Below are positions 19,699 to 28,789 of a DNA stretch of 64,000 nt, piece by piece. Position numbers and translations under genes: made by a program. The notes beneath the pieces were generated by a model. The model had not been told where the DNA came from and made no database searches. It saw only the letters and a list, made by a program, of their open reading frames with translations. The stretch comes from Lentisphaeria bacterium (GTDB lineage: Bacteria; Verrucomicrobiota; Lentisphaeria; Victivallales; UBA1829): assembly GCA_003526375.1 (NCBI GenBank), contig DPDG01000062.1, positions 24,568 through 88,567 on the forward strand. Reading direction: 5' to 3'. Each line of letters opens with the position of its first letter. The first letter of the stretch is position 1.

Positions 19699-19865
19699 AT
19701 GTTTTTCAGGAATCCTTCGTAATTTCTTATTTCAGGCTTGAAATAGTCTGCTCAAAAGCCGGGAAAATAAGACAAGCAGAAGTTTTCTGAAAACAGAACG
19801 GTCAGGACTGCATTCAAGGCTCCTGCCGCCAAAATTGCAATATTCACATCATACGATACTTCCAA

Positions 19866-20132
19866 CTACAAAAACAATGAAATCAATGAGCCAATCAGAA
19901 ACAGAGAAAGTAAAGTCAATAAAATATAAATCAATATTTCAGGGAAAACCCGTTGTTTGACAGCCGGTACATGACGCAACAGTAAAAAACATCCGCCGAT
20001 CATATATACTGCCGCCAGAAATAAAAAAATTCGGCTCATCAAAAGACTTGTCGATTCAAAAAATCCTACACCGCCACATAAAAGTCCCCATCCAGCAAAC
20101 CATAGCAGACAATACAATATATTCCTGTTCAT
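19866..20132 (-). CDS. Small hydrophobic protein (about 3 TM), hypothetical
   Basis: 88 aa, strongly hydrophobic, in an AT-rich stretch, 42 nt downstream of the preceding gene. Confidence 0.4.
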   Translation of the reverse strand: MNRNILYCLLWFAGWGLLCGGVGFFESTSLLMSRIFLFLAAVYMIGGCFLLLRHVPAVKQRVFPEILIYILLTLLSLFLIGSLISLFL

Positions 20133-20174
20133 ATTACAATAGATCTTTCTCTTTTAACAGATTCCGCCAGAGCA

Positions 20175-20738
20175 TCATAACAGCCTTTTTCCGGCAGTAT
20201 GTACTTTCACGCCAAGATATCCGGCAAGAGTCTCCGCAATTCCATAAAGGCTGCCCATCGCAACCAGAACCAGCCGTTCCCGTTCCTTACCATCCACATC
20301 GGAAACAAGATATAAGCCGCTCCACCAGACCGTGTTACGCCCGTGTACATACAGTTCAGAAAGCCCGTTGATGACTTTGGGAACATAACGGACCTCGATT
20401 GACTTGATGTATCTCGTCTCAATATGAAATTCTCTGCCTATGATCTGAACAAAAGAAAAATCATATGGATTGCGGATCATCAGCCTGCGCCTCACCGGAT
20501 CAAAAATCATGACCGGTTTCAGCCGCGGAGCGGAAACTTTCGCCGGCAGAAGATTCAGCCCCCTTAAAATGGCAGTGACGGGCATTCCGCAGAAAAACTT
20601 CTTCCCGGAATACAAGATACAGCGCCTGCTTCCCCGGCATTTATGCCATTTGAGCTCCTGTGCTCCATACTTCAGGCTGTGAATCCGATCCGGATCATCG
20701 AATACGGGACAGACCAGGCGTATTTCCTTCCGTATCAT
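20175..20738 (-). CDS. Hypothetical protein
   Basis: The ORF is open to 20957, but that part overlaps the aminotransferase. The internal start MIRKEIRLV has GGAGGA just upstream. No recognisable motif. Confidence 0.5.
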   Translation of the reverse strand: MIRKEIRLVCPVFDDPDRIHSLKYGAQELKWHKCRGSRRCILYSGKKFFCGMPVTAILRGLNLLPAKVSAPRLKPVMIFDPVRRRLMIRNPYDFSFVQIIGREFHIETRYIKSIEVRYVPKVINGLSELYVHGRNTVWWSGLYLVSDVDGKERERLVLVAMGSLYGIAETLAGYLGVKVHTAGKRLL

Positions 20739-20772
20739 TTTCCTCCGCTCAACTTCCTGCTGTTTCCTTATA

Positions 20773-21813
20773 TTATAACTGCAACAAATCAGGAATTCTG
20801 TGAAATTCCTCCTGCCAGTCGCCCATAGCGGCGATTTCAAAAAGATTCCGTTGTTCAAGATAGCATACCCGATGATAAATTTCCACCCCTTTTTCATCCA
20901 GAGAACGAAGCCAGCTCCGCCAGACTTCCGGCTCCGGACGATGAAACGCGGTAACAATCGGGCTGTCGCTCCCCGCCAACGCCTTCACGCCGAAGTCAGC
21001 CAGACAAAGCCGGACCGCGTCTTTCAGCGCAAGGAGCCGCCTCCGGTAGTGATCCTGTCCCAGTTCAAGAATCGAACGGCAGGAGGCTTCCAGCGCCGCA
21101 AGCAGAAGCGAACTCATGGTATTGCGTACCATCCCCGGCATTTCACGGGCGGAAAGCAGCGGCTCCAACTGCAGGATTTTCGGCTGGACCTCAGAAACAG
21201 AACGCGGAAAACGCGGATTCAAAAGCAGGATTGCGATACCGGGCACTCCCGCCAATGCCTTTCCGCTGCTCCCTGTCGCCATTGCCAAAGCAGGACAGGA
21301 GCAGAATCCGCTCTCCACCCCCAAAGCGCTGACGGCATCCAGAGCGAACCAGATTCCGCGTGCCTCGCAGATCCGGTTCAGCATGGCAATATCGTTCACC
21401 ATGCCGGAACTTGTCTCACAGCATACGCCGATGATACGGTCAATTTCAGGTTTTGAGTCCAGCAGTTCCAAAATCCGTTCCTCCTCCCAATGCCGCGCAA
21501 AACCGAAATCCAGCGCAATGCACTCCGGACACGCAGAGGCAAGGCGGTATCCGAATTCACCGTTGCAGAGGACAAGGGAGCGATGCCCGGAGCAGAAATT
21601 CCGGATCATCAGCTCATTTGCAAAGGTCCCCGGACCAGAAACCAGAATCACCAGGAAAGACTCATCGCCGCAAAGCACGCGCAGATGATTCTCCGTCCGC
21701 CGGACCAGAGTCTCGAACTCAACGCTCCGGTGTGAAACCATCGCGGCGCGAATCGCATCCTCCGCCGAGGGAAAGAGACGGGGCAGAGTCGGTACGAAAG
21801 AGTAACGGTTCAT
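20773..21813 (-). CDS. Class V (AGXT/PhnW-like) pyridoxal-phosphate aminotransferase
   Basis: SGPGTFANE..., ...DAVSALG..., ...GSSGKALAG (candidate PLP lysine). The start ATG overlaps the GNAT stop (ATGA). Confidence 0.7.
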   Translation of the reverse strand: MNRYSFVPTLPRLFPSAEDAIRAAMVSHRSVEFETLVRRTENHLRVLCGDESFLVILVSGPGTFANELMIRNFCSGHRSLVLCNGEFGYRLASACPECIALDFGFARHWEEERILELLDSKPEIDRIIGVCCETSSGMVNDIAMLNRICEARGIWFALDAVSALGVESGFCSCPALAMATGSSGKALAGVPGIAILLLNPRFPRSVSEVQPKILQLEPLLSAREMPGMVRNTMSSLLLAALEASCRSILELGQDHYRRRLLALKDAVRLCLADFGVKALAGSDSPIVTAFHRPEPEVWRSWLRSLDEKGVEIYHRVCYLEQRNLFEIAAMGDWQEEFHRIPDLLQL

Positions 21814-22355
21814 TGATATCTCCTGAGGACACATTGGCAATGGCGGCAGAGAGATTCCAGTTCAGCCGCCATCGGGTAAAACCGGGACGCTCCATCCATC
21901 ACGCTTTCCCCGAGCGTAACAAAGCCGAGGCGGCAGTATAATCTTCGGCGGGACTCCACTGCGGAAATAATGATATTTTCAATTCCCTGTGATTTCAGTT
22001 CCAGCAGAAGCGGAACGGCAAGTCTTGCCGGCAGAGTGGTAAAACGGTATTCCTTCCTGACTGTAAACAGGCGGATCTCCGCCGTTCTTCCCTTTCTGAT
22101 CCGGGAAGCGATCACCTGCCCGAAGCGCATTTCCGCTGAAAACGGAGGTTCGGAATGCGCACAGATCATTCCGGCGGCGACACTGCCGTCCCATGCGATC
22201 CGGTAGCGGTTTTTATGATGGAACTTATCAACAAGCCGGCAGTCCGGATGCCGCGGGTGCTGTCCAAGCTCTCCGGCAAAAACTTCATGGTTCAGTTGCC
22301 ACATCGCCTGAAATTCCTCATCAGACTCAGGCTCTTTGACCAAAAGTTCACCCAT
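21810..22355 (-). CDS. GNAT-family N-acetyltransferase
   Basis: 181 aa. ...IRLFTVRKEYRFTTLPARLAVPLLLELKSQGIENIIISAVESRRRLYCRLGF resembles the GNAT acetyl-CoA binding core. Confidence 0.7.
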   Translation of the reverse strand: MGELLVKEPESDEEFQAMWQLNHEVFAGELGQHPRHPDCRLVDKFHHKNRYRIAWDGSVAAGMICAHSEPPFSAEMRFGQVIASRIRKGRTAEIRLFTVRKEYRFTTLPARLAVPLLLELKSQGIENIIISAVESRRRLYCRLGFVTLGESVMDGASRFYPMAAELESLCRHCQCVLRRYQ

Positions 22356-22827
22356 GATCTTCCTCTCTTTCCTCCAATGATTTCTGCAAACGCCGCATCA
22401 GACGGTTCAGTGTCCGCATTTCCCCGCAGGAAAAGACCTGCATGATTGCGGCAATTTCTTCACGGTAAGGCTGCTCCACCTGATTCAGCAGTTTCAGTCC
22501 GGCGGAAGTCAGCTTCAGATGATACGCCCGACGGTCATCCGGAACCTGCACACGGCGCAGCAGTCCCGCCGCCGCCATCCGGTTCACCAGTCCGGTGACG
22601 TTGGATTTATCGACCAGCAGCCTGCTGCTGAGTTCATTCTGCGTCAAAGGCGTTTCCGCATATTTTAGAAGCAGCATAATGTTGAACTGCGCTTCAGAAG
22701 CAAGCGTGTCACGGAAAAACCGCCTCGCCTGCTTTTTTAAAAGCACTCCGGTCCACCAGACCCCCATCAGAGCTTCATGATTCAGATCATCAAACTCAAG
22801 ATCACGGTTAAAATGTGAAACAGCCAT
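22348..22827 (-). CDS. MarR-family transcriptional regulator
   Basis: FNIMLLLKYAETPLTQNELSSRLLVDKSNVTGLVNRMAAAGLLRRVQVPDDRRAYHLKLTSAG is a MarR winged helix. Confidence 0.85.
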   Translation of the reverse strand: MAVSHFNRDLEFDDLNHEALMGVWWTGVLLKKQARRFFRDTLASEAQFNIMLLLKYAETPLTQNELSSRLLVDKSNVTGLVNRMAAAGLLRRVQVPDDRRAYHLKLTSAGLKLLNQVEQPYREEIAAIMQVFSCGEMRTLNRLMRRLQKSLEEREEDHG

Positions 22828-22851
22828 GATAAAAATCCTCCTTCTTATTTA

Positions 22852-22880
22852 GTTTACACCTAAACAGTTGATATATCAAC
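22852..22880. promoter_or_regulatory. Two adjacent palindromes upstream of the MarR gene (candidate operator)
   Basis: GTTTAcaccTAAAC (22852-22865) and the perfect 14-bp palindrome GTTGATATATCAAC (22867-22880), 25-53 nt upstream of the MarR start. Confidence 0.4.
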
Positions 22881-23118
22881 CATATTTCATATTTTTTCTG
22901 AAAAAACTTGAAATGACACCGGAAGGCATTCCCTGAAAGCGCTGACGGAAAAGCCGGGATGCAGGGTGCAACCTCCGATTTCGCAATCCTGTGACACTAT
23001 CATAACCGGACACGGGTTGTCCTGCCCATACTTTTTCTGTTTCGTATCTTCGCATTCCGGAGTTTTATCGGAAACGCTGCAGAATCAGGAAAAATCCCGA
23101 TTTTTTCCATTTCCCCCC

Positions 23119-23148
23119 TTGACACCAGAGGATACAAGTTTGTATAAT
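23119..23148 (+). promoter_or_regulatory. Candidate sigma70-like promoter of the second cassette
   Basis: TTGACA (23119-23124), 18 nt, TATAAT (23143-23148), 33 nt upstream of the ATG at 23181. Confidence 0.4.
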
Positions 23149-23180
23149 ATATTTCAAAATGAGCGAGGAGTGCGCAGACG

Positions 23181-24272
23181 ATGCAGAAAAAGACTGTCAG
23201 ATCAGCCCCGACACGCGATCTGGTCGTGGAAAAACTGGAACACTACCTGAACAGCCCGGAGTGTCCGCAGAACGGCTGTCTTCCGGGCGAAGACAGTCTT
23301 GCGGAGATGTGCGGCGTATCACGCAAAACTCTACGGAGCGCCCTCGACATCCTTGCGGAACGCGGCGTCGTAGACCGCATCCGAGGCAAAGGCACCTTCA
23401 AAGTCCTGACTTATGAACGGCAGAAAAAAGTCATTTACTATTTTCTCCCCTGTGCCAATTACGAAAAATATGCCGGAATCACTTCGGCGACTCACATCAT
23501 GGAAACTCTGAACGGACTGATGCTCGCCACGCGCGGAACGGGAACCTATATCGTGCCCCTTCATTATTCACAAAGCAACCGTCCCGATGATCCCGACTGG
23601 GAAGTCCTGAACATGATTGAACCCGGCGCCATGGTTTTCATCGGCGGCATGTGGTACCGCCGGTGTTTCTCCTTTCTCCGGCGGCGCTCCTGCAAAGTGC
23701 TGTTCCTGAACATGCTCGACCTCTCCATTTTCCATCCTGACAATGCACCTTATATGGATGATATCAATTCGTTCCACCAGTTGCGCATCGACAATTTTAC
23801 CGGAGTGCGGAATTGCGCGGACACACTTATGAAACACGGATGCAGGAAACTCTTCCTTGCGGCGGCATCACTGGGCGATATCACCAATCCGCTCCTGCCG
23901 GGCTATCTGAAAAGTGGCGGCAAAGCCTATTGGAGCTGCGATCAGGAACTTTCGCTTGATATCCTGCGGGATGAACTGGCACGGCAATATAGGAAATTTC
24001 AATTTGACGGGCTCATTCTCGGCTGCGGCGTAGAATTCCCTTCCGATTCCCGTTTCACGCTCCGCAGGTATCTGGGGCTGCCGGAAGAGGTCAGGCTCAT
24101 CTTCTATTACAAAAATCCGACCGTTCTCGCCCTTGACAGAAAGCAACCTTATGTCTGTTGCGACTACCGGAGAATCTGCCGGGAAGGGGTGGAAATCCTG
24201 CTGGACGGATATCACCCTGAAATTCAACGCCGCCAGTTCAAGCCCCATATTGAAAATCTGGAGTATTTATGA
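23181..24272 (+). CDS. GntR-type HTH regulator fused to a LacI/PBP-like sensor domain
   Basis: [40 protein letters not shown] (GntR HTH) plus a roughly 280-aa PBP-like domain. Same architecture as 1-1190 and 61643-62734. Confidence 0.8.
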   Translation: MQKKTVRSAPTRDLVVEKLEHYLNSPECPQNGCLPGEDSLAEMCGVSRKTLRSALDILAERGVVDRIRGKGTFKVLTYERQKKVIYYFLPCANYEKYAGITSATHIMETLNGLMLATRGTGTYIVPLHYSQSNRPDDPDWEVLNMIEPGAMVFIGGMWYRRCFSFLRRRSCKVLFLNMLDLSIFHPDNAPYMDDINSFHQLRIDNFTGVRNCADTLMKHGCRKLFLAAASLGDITNPLLPGYLKSGGKAYWSCDQELSLDILRDELARQYRKFQFDGLILGCGVEFPSDSRFTLRRYLGLPEEVRLIFYYKNPTVLALDRKQPYVCCDYRRICREGVEILLDGYHPEIQRRQFKPHIENLEYL

Positions 24273-25321
24273 ATTACAATCAACATAGCAAAAGGGAAAA
24301 AACGATGAAATCAAGACAACATCACCAGAAAAATTTCACATTGATAGAGCTGCTCATGAGGAAAAGTTGTAAGAGTGGTATTTCATTCCGGGAGCAGCAA
24401 GGCAGTGCAGGATGTTGCCAGTCCCCTGATCTTACTTCTCCATTTCTCGTTCCATTGTTGAATTGTTCTAATGTTCGATTGTTCGATTGTTTTCCGGTTC
24501 CTTCTTCCTTCCGTGTTCCCTGTTCGATATTCTTACTTCACAGGGTGAAAATACGGATTTTCACTCTGATAGAGCTTCTTATCGTGATTGCGATCATCGC
24601 CATTCTTGCGGGAATGCTCCTGCCTGCGCTGAACAAGGCGAAGAGGCAGGCTCAGGCTGTCTCCTGCGCCTCCAATCTCAAGCAGCTGGGGCAATGTTTC
24701 ACCGGGTATGCGGGAGACAATCAGGATCATTTTCCTCCGGGCAGGCAGGAACGTTCGTCTGCGGATGAACTCTGGAATACAACAAACGGTCCGATCACAT
24801 GGATGGTCGCGCTTCACTCTTACGCAGGAATCAAAAACAATCAATACGGACTGTGCCTCTACCCCGTCAACTCAATCTATATCTGTCCGGGAATGATCAT
24901 CCGTGACAATCAGGGATACCAGGCGTATGGTTACAATCAGTTCCTTTTCGGCATGAAAACGGATATCAGCGGCGCAACCACAACCTCCATAGGAAATTAC
25001 CAGATACCGAAATCAAGCAGAATAAAATCCCCGTCGCAAAGTCTTGTCCTGACGGACAGCCGATACAGCCACGACGTTGAAGCCGACAGAAAAAAAGGGT
25101 GGTATCTCATAACGAATCCGACAATACAGGTCTGTTACCGTCATTCAAGGCAGACACGCTCCTTATATACGGACGGGCATGTTCAGGCGGACACCCCGCA
25201 AACACTGAATCTGGAATATTACTGGCTATCTTATTTTCCATGGAACTACAAAAATACCGCAACATCCAAAGCCACAGGAGCCGCTCTGGGGATATACCAG
25301 CACGGTTATGCGCCCTATTAA
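24269..25321 (+). CDS. Prepilin-type / H-X9-DG (DUF1559-like) protein with a duplicated N-terminal FTLIELL motif
   Basis: The second motif, [46 protein letters not shown], is canonical, and the C-terminus has [13 protein letters not shown] (H-X9-DG). A first, truncated motif (KNFTLIELL at 24335-24355) lies 225 nt upstream in frame. Alternative starts: 24305 (ATG) and 24545 (GTG). Confidence 0.7.
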   Translation: MNYNQHSKREKTMKSRQHHQKNFTLIELLMRKSCKSGISFREQQGSAGCCQSPDLTSPFLVPLLNCSNVRLFDCFPVPSSFRVPCSIFLLHRVKIRIFTLIELLIVIAIIAILAGMLLPALNKAKRQAQAVSCASNLKQLGQCFTGYAGDNQDHFPPGRQERSSADELWNTTNGPITWMVALHSYAGIKNNQYGLCLYPVNSIYICPGMIIRDNQGYQAYGYNQFLFGMKTDISGATTTSIGNYQIPKSSRIKSPSQSLVLTDSRYSHDVEADRKKGWYLITNPTIQVCYRHSRQTRSLYTDGHVQADTPQTLNLEYYWLSYFPWNYKNTATSKATGAALGIYQHGYAPY

Positions 25322-25364
25322 GTTTCTCACAATAACAAATAAAATATAATCAAGGAACTCCATA

Positions 25365-27875
25365 ATGAAAACACAAATCCATCTGCTGCTGGCTCTCCTG
25401 CTCGCCGGAGCAGGAACACAACTGTCCGCCTATGACCTCGACAACAGGGCGCTGACGCCTGTCACGCATGAAGAAACACCACGCCACGCTCCGTTGAAGC
25501 TGGTTGAGAACGGAGAACTCAAGTTCGCAATCATCACAGATAAAAAAGCAGAAAAAAACGGCAGAACCGGAAAAAGCATCGCCCCGGCGGTCAAAATCCT
25601 GACGGAGGCATTCAAAAAAACAACAGGCAAAACGCCGGAAGTCTTCGACATAACAGAAACGGGGAAAGCCGGGAGATACCCGTTCCTGCTGGTTGTCGGT
25701 GACAATCAGATCGTCCGCAGAAACGGAATTGATTTCATGAAACTCCCGGACCAGGGATTCGCAGTCAAAAGCTTCCCGCAGGGCGTCATCATCGCAGGGT
25801 ATGATTCTTCGCTGATCGAAGACTATAACCGGGATCCTCTCGACAGGCGCGGAACCAGTCCCGGCACATTGTACGGTGCAGTGGACTTCACGGAACGCAT
25901 CCTCGGCATACGCTACTTTTACCCCGGAGAATACGGAACTTATTACCCGCAGATAAAAGACCTGGCTGTCAAACCGCTCCATTATACGGATTATCCCCGT
26001 TTCAACACGCACGGAGCCAGATGGTATTTCTGGGTCGCCGTCAGCACGGATCAAATGCTGAAACAATGGGAACCGACCATGGGGAAACTGAAAAAATACG
26101 ACACCAGCTTTCTTGACCGCTGGCGGGCGGGAGGAACGGCGCCAGCACGGGGAGGACATTGTCCGCGTCCGGAAAAAATGGCAAAATCCTATCCGGACAA
26201 GCTCAAAACGATTTTCTACACCTCACCGAACGGGAAGTTCTGGTACAATCCCAAACAGCATATCGGGAACTATTACAATGTGCTCGATCTCGGTTTCGCG
26301 GACCTGCTGATGGACGCTTACAAGACATATTACGACTCCAGAGGCAAAACAGATCGGGGCGGATTCGCTTCGGATCTGAACAATGAGTCGCTCTCCTTCG
26401 GAATATGCGACACCTATATGCCGCTCTCCGAAGTCATCCATGATCCGGTTGTCAGGAAACTGAGCCTGATTACGGAAAACGATATCCGGCGCGGAAAAGA
26501 TGCGGAAATGGCAAATGTCTACGGCCGTTTCTATCAGTATCTTGCAAACAGGGTTAAAAAAGAACTGCCCGGCAAGAAGCTCTGGATTCTCGCTTACTAC
26601 AATACAAAATTCGCTTCGCTTGATCCGCAGTGGAAGCTGCCGGACAACGTCGAAGTCAATCTCTGCATTGGTGGTCTTCCTCTGAAAACCCGCAACAGGG
26701 CGGCAATGGAAAAAGCGCGCGGAATCTTCAAAGAATGGTATGAAGCTCTCGGCAGCCGTCCGGTTCAGAAAGTCTGGCTCTACAACTCGCGGAACAATCC
26801 GTTTGCACGTGCGGTCGCCGGAGAATTCACAGGGGATGTCCCGAAACTTTTCGGCAAATATCTCGGGCGAGACGGAAATCTGTTCTTCGATTATGACGGA
26901 GCGCATGACATCTGGTATTATTACTGGTCCGCCTACGCCGACGCCCGCAGCCAGTGGAATCCCGACTGGGATGTAGATGCAGGGATTGATGAGCACTGGA
27001 ACCTTTTCTACGGTCCCGAAGCCGGTCCTTTCCTGAAAGAGTTTCACCGTCTGCTCAAGAAAAACTTCATCGAATACTGCGTCCCCTCGGATGAAGCGGT
27101 GCCATCCTATCCCCCGGCGGAAATCGACAAAATGGAGAAAATGCTCAAGGAGGCGGAAAAAGTTCTGGAACCGGATTCCATCGAAATGCGCCGCTTCCGC
27201 CATCTTGCCGCGCCATGGGCGAAAAACTTTGAGTCGCAGCGTGTCCGCTTCGCCTACGAACGTCCCGTCTATAACGTGCACCGCCTGCTCTCAGGTGAAA
27301 AGGTCACGCTGGATGGAAATCCGGACGAAGCATTCTGGCAGAAGATCAAACCGCTTCCCCTCATCAACCCGAAAGGATCCTCAAAAGCGCCGGCTTATCC
27401 GGCGGTCGTCAAACTCGCGTGGGACAACAGCGGAATCTATGGAATGTTCCAGGCGGATTATCCGCCGAAAGCCAATTCAAAATGTGACGTATGGAACAAT
27501 GACAGCATTGAAATGTTTCTTGCGCCCGGACTGAAAAAAGAGGTAAAGTATCAAATCGCCTTTGATACGGTCGGGCAGCGCTTCTCCGCGATGGAGCGTC
27601 TGCTCCCCATTCCCCAACCGACCGATCTCTCATGGAAAGCGGAAGGTTTCGTGTTCAAAAATCAGGTTTCGCGGGAAGGCTGGACGGCGGAGTTCCATAT
27701 TCCGTTCCACCTCTTTGAAGGCAAAGCCCCCGCGGTCTATGACTCCTGGAATTTCAATCTTGTTCGAAACAAACTTTCCGCGCCGAAGGAATGCTCGGGA
27801 AGCTCGCTCACACTGGGTGACAATCATAACATCAACATGTTCGGCTTAATCAGATTTGCCGGAAAAGGAGAATGA
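25365..27875 (+). CDS. Secreted DUF4838-like putative glycoside hydrolase with a C-terminal CBM9-like domain
   Basis: Signal peptide. GTLYGAVDFTERILGIRYFYPGEYG resembles the DUF4838 signature. The C-terminus (DGNPDEAFWQKIKPLPL...NDSIEMFLAPG...WTAEFHIPFHLF) resembles CBM9. Confidence 0.65.
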   Translation: MKTQIHLLLALLLAGAGTQLSAYDLDNRALTPVTHEETPRHAPLKLVENGELKFAIITDKKAEKNGRTGKSIAPAVKILTEAFKKTTGKTPEVFDITETGKAGRYPFLLVVGDNQIVRRNGIDFMKLPDQGFAVKSFPQGVIIAGYDSSLIEDYNRDPLDRRGTSPGTLYGAVDFTERILGIRYFYPGEYGTYYPQIKDLAVKPLHYTDYPRFNTHGARWYFWVAVSTDQMLKQWEPTMGKLKKYDTSFLDRWRAGGTAPARGGHCPRPEKMAKSYPDKLKTIFYTSPNGKFWYNPKQHIGNYYNVLDLGFADLLMDAYKTYYDSRGKTDRGGFASDLNNESLSFGICDTYMPLSEVIHDPVVRKLSLITENDIRRGKDAEMANVYGRFYQYLANRVKKELPGKKLWILAYYNTKFASLDPQWKLPDNVEVNLCIGGLPLKTRNRAAMEKARGIFKEWYEALGSRPVQKVWLYNSRNNPFARAVAGEFTGDVPKLFGKYLGRDGNLFFDYDGAHDIWYYYWSAYADARSQWNPDWDVDAGIDEHWNLFYGPEAGPFLKEFHRLLKKNFIEYCVPSDEAVPSYPPAEIDKMEKMLKEAEKVLEPDSIEMRRFRHLAAPWAKNFESQRVRFAYERPVYNVHRLLSGEKVTLDGNPDEAFWQKIKPLPLINPKGSSKAPAYPAVVKLAWDNSGIYGMFQADYPPKANSKCDVWNNDSIEMFLAPGLKKEVKYQIAFDTVGQRFSAMERLLPIPQPTDLSWKAEGFVFKNQVSREGWTAEFHIPFHLFEGKAPAVYDSWNFNLVRNKLSAPKECSGSSLTLGDNHNINMFGLIRFAGKGE

Positions 27876-28768
27876 AAATGAATCTGAAGCACACGATCAT
27901 CGCAGTCCTCGCCGCCGCAGCATTTATCCCCGTGACGGCACAGGAACAAGTCAAGGCGGAAATCAGAAAAGGCAACGCATATCAGCCTGAGACCTACTCC
28001 ATGATGCTCAGCCTGCCGGTCTCAAACAGGCACAACACTTATAAACTCTTCCTCGGCAGCAAAAAGCCGATTGGAGAAAAACCGCCGCGGACTGTTTTCA
28101 GTGTCGACAATGAAAAGCGCGCCAGTTTCACCTCGCTTGTCACCTGGCTGAAAATCAAAGTCAACGGAATTGATTTCAGCAGGCTTCCCATACAGAAGGA
28201 GAATGTGAATCTCTGGCAGGACGGGGAGAAGAAAGGATTTGAGTTCGCGCTGAATTTCGATGGTGCCAAAATGCTTCTCCGTCTCTATATGCGGCCGGAT
28301 TCCGGTGTTCTGTGGGGGGAACTTCAGCCTGCACAGGATACGCTCGAACCTGTAAAAACAGCCTCAATTTCATTTGCCTGTCTGCCATCCCTGCTCGCTA
28401 TGAAAGATAAAAAAGTGCTGTTCCACAATGTCTACAACCATGAGGCGAAATCCCCGGCAAAAATCTACAAACAGCATCCGCAGGGACAGACGATTACGGC
28501 AGCCGACAAGTATTTTATATTTTATGACACTCAATTTGACGGCAGCAGCGACGATAAAGGAATCGGTCCCTGCATGGTCATCGCAGACACGGACATCATG
28601 CAGAGCGGGAAACTTCACCAGCCCAATGCATGGGTCGTTACAGTGGACTACACTCTGAAACCGGATTTCAAGACATTCAGATTTGGAATCTGGCAGAAAA
28701 ACAGCAGGATTTCCAATGCTGATTTTTTCAAAATGCTGGAAACGGAGAAAACGGCATTTTCACTCTGA
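27872..28768 (+). CDS. Secreted hypothetical protein
   Basis: ATGA overlap with the preceding stop. Signal peptide MKMNLKHTIIAVLAAAAFIPVTAQ. No recognisable motif. Confidence 0.6.
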   Translation: MKMNLKHTIIAVLAAAAFIPVTAQEQVKAEIRKGNAYQPETYSMMLSLPVSNRHNTYKLFLGSKKPIGEKPPRTVFSVDNEKRASFTSLVTWLKIKVNGIDFSRLPIQKENVNLWQDGEKKGFEFALNFDGAKMLLRLYMRPDSGVLWGELQPAQDTLEPVKTASISFACLPSLLAMKDKKVLFHNVYNHEAKSPAKIYKQHPQGQTITAADKYFIFYDTQFDGSSDDKGIGPCMVIADTDIMQSGKLHQPNAWVVTVDYTLKPDFKTFRFGIWQKNSRISNADFFKMLETEKTAFSL

Positions 28769-28789
28769 AAAACCGAAAACGAACCACAT

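Noticed and set aside
20739-20957. N-terminal 73-aa extension of the hypothetical ORF 20175-20957
   Set aside because: It overlaps the 3' end of the aminotransferase gene by 185 nt. An internal ATG at 20738 with a GGAGGA RBS is a better start.
25350-27281. Two long minus-strand ORFs (25350-26159 and 26223-27281)
   Set aside because: Both are antisense to the 836-aa secreted DUF4838-like gene, which has a signal peptide and recognisable domains. Neither has motifs.
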